Positions 55,275 through 64,000 of a stretch of 64,000 nucleotides of DNA are shown here, in pieces. This stretch comes from an uncultured Gemmatimonadales bacterium. GTDB taxonomy: Bacteria; Gemmatimonadota; Gemmatimonadetes; Longimicrobiales; RSA9. The notes under the pieces were generated by a model. The model saw only the letters and a list, made by a program, of their open reading frames with translations, ran no database searches and was not told the DNA's origin. Position numbers and translations under genes: made by a program. The stretch covers positions 160,001 through 224,000 of the forward strand of contig CAWCUS010000006.1 in assembly GCA_963798845.1 (NCBI GenBank), given 5' to 3'. Positions within the stretch are counted from its first letter, which is position 1. The number at the start of each line of letters is the position of its first letter.

Positions 55275-55420
55275 GCTTCCTGTTCCGATGGGGAATCCCC
55301 GCAGACCGCCCACGTCAGGGATGACGCCCCAGACCCCCCGGACGTTGTGGCCCTGCGCACGGGTACCCCCGGCAGCCTCGCCGGTTGCAGCCGGCGCCAG
55401 GGAGAGGTCGGGTCAGACGC

Positions 55421-58171
55421 CTACTTGCATTCGTACCAGCTCGCGCCCCGGCCCAATTCCACGCGGAGCGGCACCTCCAGCTCGAACGCACCCTCCATCT
55501 TCCGCCGCACCAGCTCCGAGATGGCATCGGCGCGGGACTCGGGCACCTCGAACAGCAGCTCGTCGTGGACCTGGAGGAGCATCCGCGTCCCGTCGGGCTC
55601 CTCCCCCAGCGCACGGTGGATGTCGATCATGGCGATCTTGATGATGTCGGCCGCGCTTCCCTGGACGGGCGCATTCGTGGCCGCGCGCTCGCCGAACTGC
55701 CGGATGTTGTAGTTCTTGCTCTTCACTTCCGGGATGTACCGGCGGCGCCCCGTGAGGGTCTCCACGAACCCGTCCTCGTACGCCCGCGCGATCTGCCGGT
55801 CCAGGTACCTCCGCACCTCGGGCAGCCGCTCGAAGTAGTTCTCGATGAACGTCTTCGCCTCCTGTACGCTCGTGCCGAGCTGCTTCGAGAGAGCGTAGGG
55901 GCCGATGCCGTAGAGGGTCGCGAAGTTGATGGTCTTCGCGGCGTCACGCATCCGCTGCGTCACGTCCTCCACGGCCACCTCGAACACCAGCGCGGCCGTC
56001 TGGCGGTGGATGTCGTCGCCCGCCCGGAACGCCCGCACGAAGGTCTCGTCGCCCGAGAGGTGGGCCAGGACGCGCAGCTCGATCTGCGAGTAGTCGGCAG
56101 AGACGAAGACGAACCCGTCCTCGGGGACGAACCCCTTGCGCAGCTCGGCTCCCACTTCCGTGCGGATCGGGATGTTCTGGAGGTTGGGGTCGACGGACGA
56201 CAGCCGGCCGGTAGCGGCCACCGCCTGGTCGAAGCGCGTGTGGATCCGCCCGGTGGCCTGATCCACGTGCTGCGGCAGCGAGTCTACGTACGTGTTCTTC
56301 AGCTTGTCCAGCTGCCGGTACTCGATGATGAGCGACGGGATCCGGTGCCCCTGCTCGGCCAGCTCCTCGAGCACGGTCGCATCCGTGGACGGCCCCGTCT
56401 TCGTCTTCTTCAGGACCGGGAGATCCAGCTTTTCGAACAGCACTTCCCGCAGCTGCGGCGTGGAGTTGATGTTGAACTCCTCCCCGGCCTCCTTGAAGAT
56501 CTCCTCCTGGATCAGCGCCAGGTCCCGCTCCAGCTTCTTCGAGACTTCGCGGAAAAAAGCGGTATCGATGCGGATCCCCGCCGTCTCCATGTCGGCGAGA
56601 ACCCCCTCGAGCGGCATCTCGATCTCGCGATAGAGCCGCTCCAGGTGGTAACGCTCGAGATCCGGCTCCAGGCGCGCGCGCAGGCGCAGCGTCATGTCGG
56701 CCTTCTCGCACGCGAAGTCCCGCACCGCGTCCGCGCCGCACTCCGCCACGGGTGAAGCGCTCCGCCCCTTCCCGCACAGGTCCTCGTAGGTGGTGGGGCT
56801 GTGGCCCAGGTGCTGGAGCGCCAGCGAGTCCAGCGCCTGGTCGCGGCGACCCGGCTCCAGCAGGTAGGACGCCAGCATCACGTCGAAACCGAGCCCCCGG
56901 AGCGTCGCGCCGGCGCGGCGCAGCGCCAGGAGCGTGAACTTCAGGTCGTGGCCCGTCTTCTCCACGTCCGCGTCCCGGAGCAGCTCCACCAGCGCCCGCA
57001 TCCCGGGCGCGTTCAGCGCGGGCAGGTTGACGCCGGCGTGGTCCCCCAGGTCCAGCTCCCCCGCGCGACGGTGGGAGAGCGGCAGGTACGCGGCCTCCCC
57101 GGGCTTCGTCGCCAGCGCCAGCCCCACGAGCTCGCCACGCAGCGCGCTCTCCGAGGACGACACGGCCCAGACGGCCACCCCTCCGACTTCCCTCGCCGCC
57201 ATTGCCAGCCGCGCCACCTCTTCCGGCTTCGTGACCAGGCGGTAGTGGCCCTCCAGCTTCGCCGTCTCCGGCTCGGGCGCCGCGATCTCGCGCACCAGCC
57301 CGTGGAACTCCAGCTCGACGAACAGCTCCTTCAGCCGCTCGCGGTCCGGTTCCGTCACGGCCAGCGCGTCCAGGTCCAGCTCCACCGGGAGGTCCTGCTT
57401 GATCGTCACCAGCGCCTTCGACAGCAGCACGTCCTCCCGGTGCTCCAGCAGCGCTTCCCGCGCCCGCTTGCCGCGGATCGACTCCGCCACCTCCAGGATC
57501 GACTCCACGGGCCCGTGCTCGCCGATCAGCTGGAGCGCCGTCTTGGGCCCGATCCCGCGCGCGCCCGGCACGTTGTCGGAGCTGTCCCCGATCAGCGCCA
57601 GGTAGTCGCACACCCGCTCCGGCGGCACACCCAGGCGCTCCGCCGCGTTGCGCGTGTCCACCCACTCCTCGTCCACCGCCGCCTGCCCTCCGCGCCCCGG
57701 GTTCAGGAGCGACACGCCCGGACGGATGAGCTGGTAGAAGTCCTTGTCCCCCGAGACGATCACGCTGTCCACGGCGGCGTTCTCCGCGAGGCGGCAGAGC
57801 GTGCCGATGACGTCGTCGGCCTCGTGGTCGTCCAGCCGCAGCACGGGAATGCGGAACGCGTTCAGCAGCGCCTCGATCCGTGGCAGCGACGCCCGCAGCT
57901 CGTCCGGCATCTTCTCCCGCGTGGCCTTGTACTCCGGGTACAGCTCGGTGCGCTGGCTCGTGCCCGCGTCCAGCACCACGCCCAGGTAGTCCGGCTCGTA
58001 GTCGGACAGGAGCTTCAGCAGGAAGCGCGTGAGCCCGAACGCCGCCAATGTGTTCTCCCCCTTCGACGTCGTCAGCGGCCGGCTGATCATGGCGAAGAAC
58101 GCCCGGTAGATCAGAGCGTAGCCGTCGATGAGGAACAGTCGGGGACGGGTCTTTTCCGGCGTCTCTACCAT
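55421..58171 (-). CDS. polA: DNA polymerase I
   Basis: 5'-3' exonuclease LIDGYALIYRAF, EADDVIGTL; polymerase DYSQIELR, KTINFATLYG, QVHDEL. Confidence 0.97.
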   Translation of the reverse strand: MVETPEKTRPRLFLIDGYALIYRAFFAMISRPLTTSKGENTLAAFGLTRFLLKLLSDYEPDYLGVVLDAGTSQRTELYPEYKATREKMPDELRASLPRIEALLNAFRIPVLRLDDHEADDVIGTLCRLAENAAVDSVIVSGDKDFYQLIRPGVSLLNPGRGGQAAVDEEWVDTRNAAERLGVPPERVCDYLALIGDSSDNVPGARGIGPKTALQLIGEHGPVESILEVAESIRGKRAREALLEHREDVLLSKALVTIKQDLPVELDLDALAVTEPDRERLKELFVELEFHGLVREIAAPEPETAKLEGHYRLVTKPEEVARLAMAAREVGGVAVWAVSSSESALRGELVGLALATKPGEAAYLPLSHRRAGELDLGDHAGVNLPALNAPGMRALVELLRDADVEKTGHDLKFTLLALRRAGATLRGLGFDVMLASYLLEPGRRDQALDSLALQHLGHSPTTYEDLCGKGRSASPVAECGADAVRDFACEKADMTLRLRARLEPDLERYHLERLYREIEMPLEGVLADMETAGIRIDTAFFREVSKKLERDLALIQEEIFKEAGEEFNINSTPQLREVLFEKLDLPVLKKTKTGPSTDATVLEELAEQGHRIPSLIIEYRQLDKLKNTYVDSLPQHVDQATGRIHTRFDQAVAATGRLSSVDPNLQNIPIRTEVGAELRKGFVPEDGFVFVSADYSQIELRVLAHLSGDETFVRAFRAGDDIHRQTAALVFEVAVEDVTQRMRDAAKTINFATLYGIGPYALSKQLGTSVQEAKTFIENYFERLPEVRRYLDRQIARAYEDGFVETLTGRRRYIPEVKSKNYNIRQFGERAATNAPVQGSAADIIKIAMIDIHRALGEEPDGTRMLLQVHDELLFEVPESRADAISELVRRKMEGAFELEVPLRVELGRGASWYECK

Positions 58172-58259
58172 CTCGTGCGCGGTTCGGGGAAACGTCGCCG
58201 GGATCTTACCCCGGTGGCGCGGCTGGGTGCAACGCGGCGCGAGCTTCGCGTGCCGGCAC

Positions 58260-58294
58260 AAAAAACCGCCCCGTCACGAATGGTGGCGGGGCGG
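58260..58294 (-). terminator. Intrinsic terminator after csp
   Basis: Minus strand CCGCCCCGCCAC-cattc-GTGACGGGGCGG-TTTTTT. Confidence 0.75.
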
Positions 58295-58317
58295 CGATCG
58301 CGGTCTGAGACGTCAGC

Positions 58318-58527
58318 TCAGGAGGACAACTGGCGCTGCACGTTCGTGGCCTGAAGCCCCTTGTCCGTCTGCCGGACCTCGAAGTCGACCTCTTCGCCCT
58401 CGGTCAGCGTCTTGAAGCCGTCCATGGAGATTGCCGAGAAGTGGACGAACACATCCTCGCCATCCGTTTGCTCAATGAACCCATAGCCCTTCGAGTCATT
58501 GAACCACTTTACCCTGCCCTTGAGCAT
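58318..58527 (-). CDS. cspA: Cold-shock protein
   Basis: [32 protein letters not shown]. Confidence 0.95.
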   Translation of the reverse strand: MLKGRVKWFNDSKGYGFIEQTDGEDVFVHFSAISMDGFKTLTEGEEVDFEVRQTDKGLQATNVQRQLSS

Positions 58528-58578
58528 GAAACCGACCTCCTAACAAGGGTACCTCACGTCGGATGCGCCAGCGTCGCC

Positions 58579-58608
58579 AAAATAGACGCGTTTGCACAGC
58601 AACGTCAA
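58579..58608 (-). promoter_or_regulatory. Putative sigma70 promoter of csp
   Basis: TTGACG, 18 bp, TATTTT. Confidence 0.55.
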
Positions 58609-59207
58609 GAAAAACCTTGCACTCCGAACAGCCAGATCACGCCCAGCACGGCCGCTGCGGAGGCGAGCGGAAGGAACAGGTTGTCGTCCACCGCGAGATC
58701 CGGTGCCTCGATCACCGTGGCCGCGAGTGCGGCGACGGCGGCGGGGAGCGTGCCGACCCCGGCCGCTCCCATGATCAGCAGCCATGCCACCAGGAAGAAG
58801 GCGATGCTCCCTTCCAGCGTCTTGCCTCCCGGATAGCGCACTCGACCGTAGCGCTTGCCGAGGACCGCGGCCGTCGCGTCGGCGACGCCGGTGACCAGGA
58901 TTCCGGTCACGGCTATGGGAGCGGGGAAGAAGGCGGCGGTCAGCGCGTAGCCCACGGCCATGGTGGCAGCGCCGGTCACGCGCCGGTGCTCCTCCGGGCG
59001 CAGGAGGAAACCGAGTCTCCGCTCGAACCACGAACGGAAGTCGCCACTGAACTGGCGCGCCAGCTCGACGCCCACCGCGATGGCCGCGGCGACGGCCAGC
59101 ACGATGGCGCCCGTCGGGCTGGGGAGGAGGGAGACGCACGCCGCGGCCGTGACGGAGGCGGTGATGTGGATGAGCTTTCGCGCGGCTTCTCCACGCGTGT
59201 TCAGCAT
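58605..59207 (-). CDS. Phytol/dolichol-kinase-like (CTP-dependent) membrane protein
   Basis: RKLIH, ADATAAVLGKRYG, GKTLEGS, DDNLFLP. Confidence 0.8.
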   Translation of the reverse strand: MLNTRGEAARKLIHITASVTAAACVSLLPSPTGAIVLAVAAAIAVGVELARQFSGDFRSWFERRLGFLLRPEEHRRVTGAATMAVGYALTAAFFPAPIAVTGILVTGVADATAAVLGKRYGRVRYPGGKTLEGSIAFFLVAWLLIMGAAGVGTLPAAVAALAATVIEAPDLAVDDNLFLPLASAAAVLGVIWLFGVQGFS

Positions 59208-59212
59208 GCCGT

Positions 59213-61649
59213 TCAGTCGCCGGTGGCCTCGATGGGCTCGCCGAGCGCCCGGTCGATGTCGGGATAGAGGGCGCGGTAGAGGGCGCGGTGGAGCAGGACG
59301 TGGCGGATGTAGTCCCGGGTCTCCGGGTACGGGATCCGCTCCGCCAGGAGCTCCATGTCGCGGCTCTCGGGCAGCTTCTGCCACACGACCGCGCGGTTCG
59401 GTCCGGCGTTGTACGCGGACAGCACCAGCGGAAGCTCGCCGTGGAACTGTTTCATCAGGCTGGCGAGATAGCGCACGCCCAGGTGGACGTTCACTTCCGG
59501 CTCCTTCAGCATCGAGACTTCGAAGTGGTCCAGCCCCGCCCCACGCGCCAGGCCGCGGCCGGTCGCGGGCATGATCTGCATCAGGCCGATCGCCCCCGCG
59601 CCGCTGGACACCGCGGGGCTGAACGCGGATTCCCGCCGGATCAGCCCCGCCACCAGGTACGGATCAAGCCCCTGGTCGCGGGCTTCCGGCACCACCATGC
59701 TCCGGAAGGGGAACGGGTAGACGATGCGCAGGAGCCGCGGGTTCCACGCCCCTTCCCGATCCCGCAGCTGCCACCCGATCGACACGCCCGTGAGCGTGTA
59801 CCCGCGTGCGTTCAGCGCTTCCGCCAGCGCGTACTCGCCGTCCACCTCGCTGGAGAACTGCCGCCGCAGCTGCGTCACCTCCCGCACCATGTCGTCGCGC
59901 AGGTCCAGCTCCGACAGCAGGTCCACCCGGCGCAACGCCCGCCCCACGGCCGAGTCCGCCTGCGCATTTCGCGCCGGCGCGGACGCCATCGGGATGTCGA
60001 GCACGCCACGCCCCAGCAGCTCCGCGGCCCGCGCCCCATAGAACGACAGCGGGTCCCGCCAATGCAGCGCCTCCAGCCTTGCCGTGGCGAGGGAGTCCTG
60101 CCCCAGCTTCTCGTACATCCTCGCCGCCCAGTACGTGGCCTGCGACGCCCGACGGCCATCAGGGAAGCGGCGGAGGTACCCCTCGAAGAGGTCGGCGGCC
60201 CCGGCGAAGTCGCCGTCCATGATCGCGAGGTCAGCGAGCCGCATCCGGGCGAGCCCCGCCTCGTTGAGGTCGGGGGCGGCGGCCGCCGCCTGGCGGTAGT
60301 ACTTCCTCGCCTCGTCCGTCTTCAGGGCATCGTGCTTGAGGTCGGCGAGCATGTAGAGGCCACGCGCGGAGGCCTCCTCGTCCGGATACCGCCCGGCGAG
60401 GCGCACGAACGTTCTCTGTCCTTCGGCCGATCGGCCCTGCCGGTATTGGGCCCGGCCCGCCACGTACAGCGCTTCCGCGGCCACCGACGGCTCAGCCCCA
60501 GGCTCATCCGCCAGCGCCAGAAGCCGTCGCTCTGCGTCCTGGTAGCGCCCTGCGCCGAACATGGCGCGGCCGAGCTGCAGCTCGAATGCGCCGCCTCTGC
60601 ACCTCACTGACTCCGCCGCCCCCCAGGTAGTGGCCGAGCGCCTCTGCCGCCCCCGACGCGAAACCGTGCCGCAGGTAGATCTCGCCGATCATCCGCCAAT
60701 CGTCCTGCGACGGCGCCAGCCCGCTCAGCCCCCTCGCCGCCTCCACCGCCGCCGCTGCCCCCGGTGCGGCGTCCATGGCACTGCGGAACGCTTCCCCGGC
60801 CCGCGTCGAGTCCCCGCCCTCCAGCCGCAGCCGCCCCAGCCTGGCCCACGCGTCCGCGCGCTCATCGCCCTGGTCGGCGTTCCTCGCTGCGGCGAGAGCC
60901 ACCTCCCGTGCGAGCATGGGGTCCTCCGCTTTGGTGGCCGCTTCGAACCGGATGCGCCATCCGCGGTCGCGGTCCAGCCACCGGGACACGTGCGTCAGCC
61001 GTCGCGCGACCTCGGCGGTGTCCCCCGCCTCCGCGGCCACCCTCGCCGCGAAGAGCGCGATCCAGTCGCCGAACCACGGCACCGCCGCCGACGCGCTGTC
61101 GAACGCGCTCAACGCCCGCTCCGTCTCCCCTGCGTCCTCGAGCGCCAGGGCCCGTCGCAGCTCGGCCACGCCGAGCGCGGAGTCGCCGGGCGTCGCCACG
61201 GCGAGATAGCGGGTCAACGCGTCGACGGCCTGTGCGGAACGGCCGTCGCGCAGCTTTGCCCGGGCGAGCAGCGCCCAGCCTCTGCCGCCCCCGACGCTGT
61301 CCAGCCACGCTCGCCCCTCCAGGAGCCGCGCCACCGACGGCCAGTCCCCCCAGCCGGCGTTCAGCTCCGAAGCGACGAGCAGGGTCGCGGGTGAGGTGTC
61401 GGCAGCCGCGTGCAGGTGCGCCGCGAGCAGACGGCTCGCGCGCCAGTACCGCCCCTGCTTCGCCGCGTCCCTGACAACCTGCGGGATGCCGGGCTCCATG
61501 GTGCCCGTATCCTCCGGGGCGGCGAGGGCCGCGAACGTGCTCGCCGGGCGGATGGCGTGGGGCGAGGCGCCGCGCGAAAGCCGCGCGGGAATGGCAGCGG
61601 CGAGGACGAAGAGGACGACAATCGCGGGATGGCGGACCATGAAGTTCAT
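59213..61649 (-). pseudogene. TPR-containing soluble lytic transglycosylase (Slt-like), split by a +1 frameshift near 60585 (real or artefact)
   Basis: Signal peptide and TPR helices in frame A; continuation ELQLGRAMF...IRRESAF, GAIGLMQIMP, AYNAG, ETRDY in frame B. Confidence 0.8.
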
Positions 61650-61856
61650 CGAGTGCAACTGTCGGACCCGGGGTTGGCACGCGGGCGGCCTGCAGCGGCG
61701 GGTGCGCCCGACGGTCTCGACGGGATGTACACCGCTGGCGCTGAAACGCGCCGACTTTCGGGGCGGGCGCAAACGGGAAGCCCCGGGGCAAAACGAAAGG
61801 AGGCCACCCGGCGGGTGGCCTCCACGGAGCACACGTCGCTGTCGCGCCGCGTCACA

Positions 61857-62570
61857 TCACACTGTGGCGCCAGCCTCGATCTCCTGGAGCGTGTCGATCA
61901 TCTTCTGCGCCGACTCCTCCATGTCGATGACCAGGCGGTCCACTCTCGTCACGAAGTAGTTGTGCATGATGTTGATCGGGATCGCGATGGTCAGCCCGGC
62001 GGCGGTCGTGATCAGGGCTACCTTGATGCCGCCGGCCACCAGCGTCGCCTCCACCTCGCCTGCGGCCTCAATGTTCTGGAAGGCCTGGATCATCCCGATC
62101 ACCGTCCCGAGGAACCCGAGCAACGGGGCCACGTTCGCGATCGTGGCGAGCCAGACGAGGCCGCTCTCGAGACCGGCCATCTGGATCAGGCCGACATTCT
62201 CGATCGCCTTCATCACCCGCTCCGTGCCCTCACCGTGACGCTCCAGTCCGGCCAGCAGGATCCTCCCCGCCGGCGTGTTGGACTCGCGCGCCGCTTTCAA
62301 CGCACCCGGGACGTCGCGCTTCGACAGCCGATCGTCCACCTCGCGCAGCACCTTGCGCGTGCGCGCTCCAGTGATGCCCAGGTCGATCAGCTTCCAGATA
62401 ATGACCCCGAGTCCCAGCACCGCAGCCGCGCCCAGCGGCCACATCATCCAGCCGCCATCCTGCCAGATGGAAACAGCCCATTCACCGAAGGTGAGGTCAG
62501 GGGTTTCCATTCCCGGAATCTGCAGCAGCGCAAGGTTCAGGAAACTGACTCCGCTCAAGTTCGCCTCCAT
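61857..62570 (-). CDS. MotA/TolQ/ExbB proton-channel protein
   Basis: GGWMMWPL, APLLGFLGTVIGMI, GIKVALITTAAGL. Confidence 0.92.
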   Translation of the reverse strand: MEANLSGVSFLNLALLQIPGMETPDLTFGEWAVSIWQDGGWMMWPLGAAAVLGLGVIIWKLIDLGITGARTRKVLREVDDRLSKRDVPGALKAARESNTPAGRILLAGLERHGEGTERVMKAIENVGLIQMAGLESGLVWLATIANVAPLLGFLGTVIGMIQAFQNIEAAGEVEATLVAGGIKVALITTAAGLTIAIPINIMHNYFVTRVDRLVIDMEESAQKMIDTLQEIEAGATV

Positions 62571-62641
62571 TCACACGGCTCCGACCGTCCCGGCCCTCGG
62601 GCGGCCAGCGCCGTATCCTACGTGACGGTTAGGGAACGAGC

Positions 62642-62670
62642 AAGGTAGACGGGCCCTCCGGGGGTGTCAA
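62642..62670 (-). promoter_or_regulatory. Putative sigma70 promoter of the exbB-like gene
   Basis: TTGACA, 17 bp, TACCTT. Confidence 0.6.
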
Positions 62671-63734
62671 GACGCTGCTCCTCCCCTCCCGGGCACTGCC
62701 TTGTCCCGCTCATACGACGGCTCCTTTATGCACGCCGCGTAATGCTCCGGCGCCTTCTCCGCCAGCGGCGGCCTGATGCGCCCGCACTCTTCATCCTTCA
62801 AAGGATGCGGGCAGCGCGGGTGGAAGGGGCAACCGGAGGGCGGGTCGATCGGGCTGGGGACGTCGCCCGGAAGGACGATCCGATGCCGCTTCCGCCCCGG
62901 CTCGGGCACGGGCACCGCCGACAGCAGCGCCCGCGTGTACGGGTGCCGGGGCTCCGAGGTCAGCGCGGCGGCGCGCGCCACCTCCACGATCCGGCCCAGG
63001 TACATCACCGCGATCCGATCGCTCACGTGCTCCACGACGCTGAGATCGTGGGCAATGAACAGGAACGAGAGTCCGAGGCGGCGCTGGAGGTCCTCCAGCA
63101 GGTTCAGCACCTGAGCCTGCACCGATACATCGAGCGCGGACACCGGCTCGTCGCAGACGATGAAGTCCGGCTCCACGCTCAGCGCCCGCGCGATCCCCAC
63201 CCGCTGCCGCTGTCCGCCGCTGAACTCGTGCGGGTACCGGCCGGCGAACGACGCTCGCAGTCCCACGAGCTCGAGCAGCTCCTGCACCCGCCGGTCCGCC
63301 GCCTCGCCGCGCGCCAGCCGGTGCACCTTCAGCACCTCTCGGATCGCGGCGCCCACCGTGAGCCGCGGGTTCAGCGAGGCGAACGGGTCCTGGAAGATGA
63401 TCTGGGCCTCGCGACGCAGCCCGCGCAGCTCGTCCTGATCCATGGCCCGCACGTCCCGCCCCCGGAACCGGACCTCTCCGGCCGTGGGCTCCAGCAGACG
63501 CAGGATCGCCCGACCGGTCGTGGATTTCCCCGATCCGGACTCCCCCACCAGGCCGAGCGTCTCCCCCTCACCGACCCAGAACGTCACGCCATCGACAGCC
63601 TTGACCTGCGCGCCCACGCGGGAAAGGAATCCGCTCCGGATCGGAAAGTGCTTCTTCAACTCCCGGACTTCCACCAGCGCCCCGTCCGGCCGCTCCTCCT
63701 CCAGGCGCCGCCCGCCCAGCCAGCTCTCGCTCAT
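62667..63734 (-). CDS. Oligopeptide ABC transporter ATP-binding subunit (OppF/DppF)
   Basis: [43 protein letters not shown]. Confidence 0.93.
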   Translation of the reverse strand: MSESWLGGRRLEEERPDGALVEVRELKKHFPIRSGFLSRVGAQVKAVDGVTFWVGEGETLGLVGESGSGKSTTGRAILRLLEPTAGEVRFRGRDVRAMDQDELRGLRREAQIIFQDPFASLNPRLTVGAAIREVLKVHRLARGEAADRRVQELLELVGLRASFAGRYPHEFSGGQRQRVGIARALSVEPDFIVCDEPVSALDVSVQAQVLNLLEDLQRRLGLSFLFIAHDLSVVEHVSDRIAVMYLGRIVEVARAAALTSEPRHPYTRALLSAVPVPEPGRKRHRIVLPGDVPSPIDPPSGCPFHPRCPHPLKDEECGRIRPPLAEKAPEHYAACIKEPSYERDKAVPGRGGAAS

Positions 63735-64000
63735 GTGCCCCGCTCTCGGGTCCGACGCGGACCCCTGGCCGAGCCGCGCCCCGGCCCGCCCTCCGGCCCG
63801 CCACTCCCGCTGCCGCCCCGCGCTTCCGCGCCGGAACGCGTCGCCGGCGCGGCAGTGAACCCGCCGCCTGCCTGCCGCACCCGGTCCCGCCTCGCCGGCT
63901 CGTCCACCAGCCAGCATCTCGCCTCCTGCCGCTCGGACGAACGCAGGAGAGGCGGGTGCTCGAGGCAGCGGTCCCACGCGTAGGGGCAGCGGTCGCGGAA
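63731..64000 (-). CDS. C-terminus of OppD/DppD ATP-binding subunit (partial)
   Basis: Manual translation [18 protein letters not shown]...ARCWL; TGA overlaps the oppF ATG. Confidence 0.75.
   Translation of the reverse strand, partial: FRDRCPYAWDRCLEHPPLLRSSERQEARCWLVDEPARRDRVRQAGGGFTAAPATRSGAEARGGSGSGGPEGGPGRGSARGPRRTRERGT

Noticed and set aside
1..64000. CRISPR arrays, tRNA/rRNA, IS or prophage
   Set aside because: No spaced repeats, RNA gene signatures, transposases or integrases were seen by eye.

Overview
High-GC bacterial chromosomal window with about 47 densely packed genes. Gene content and style (SusC/SusD pair, two short RpoD-like sigma factors, DUF2723, plug-only TonB lipoprotein) suggest Gemmatimonadota; this is inference. 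No rRNA, tRNA, CRISPR array or mobile element was seen. Core content: ftsH (5' part, missing from the ORF track), a GMC oxidoreductase with a TAT partner, a Zn-dehydrogenase plus an alpha-oxoamine synthase (SPT-like), susC/susD, trpE, hydantoinase/oxoprolinase A, a DUF2723/TMEM260-type glycosyltransferase, sbcCD, a cobalamin riboswitch with btuFCD-btuB (btuB frameshifted twice), rsgA, PP2C, an HD hydrolase, pckA-maeB, an Omp85-methyltransferase-flavoenzyme-SRPBCC-KAS cluster, ssb, an RND pump, polA, csp, a polyprenol-kinase-like gene, a TPR lytic transglycosylase (frameshifted), exbB and oppDF. Best leads: (1) a TMEM260-like O-mannosyltransferase together with enrichment of D-(S/T)-(A/V/I/L/M/T) sequons in exported proteins, suggesting a general O-glycosylation system; (2) a candidate non-canonical sphingoid/amino-lipid locus; (3) a polyketide-like tailoring cluster with no type III PKS, coupled to an Omp85; (4) an FtsH with a duplicated ERRxGxDDRR N-terminal motif resembling c-di-GMP-binding Arg-rich repeats; (5) two frameshifts sharing the same 11-mer.
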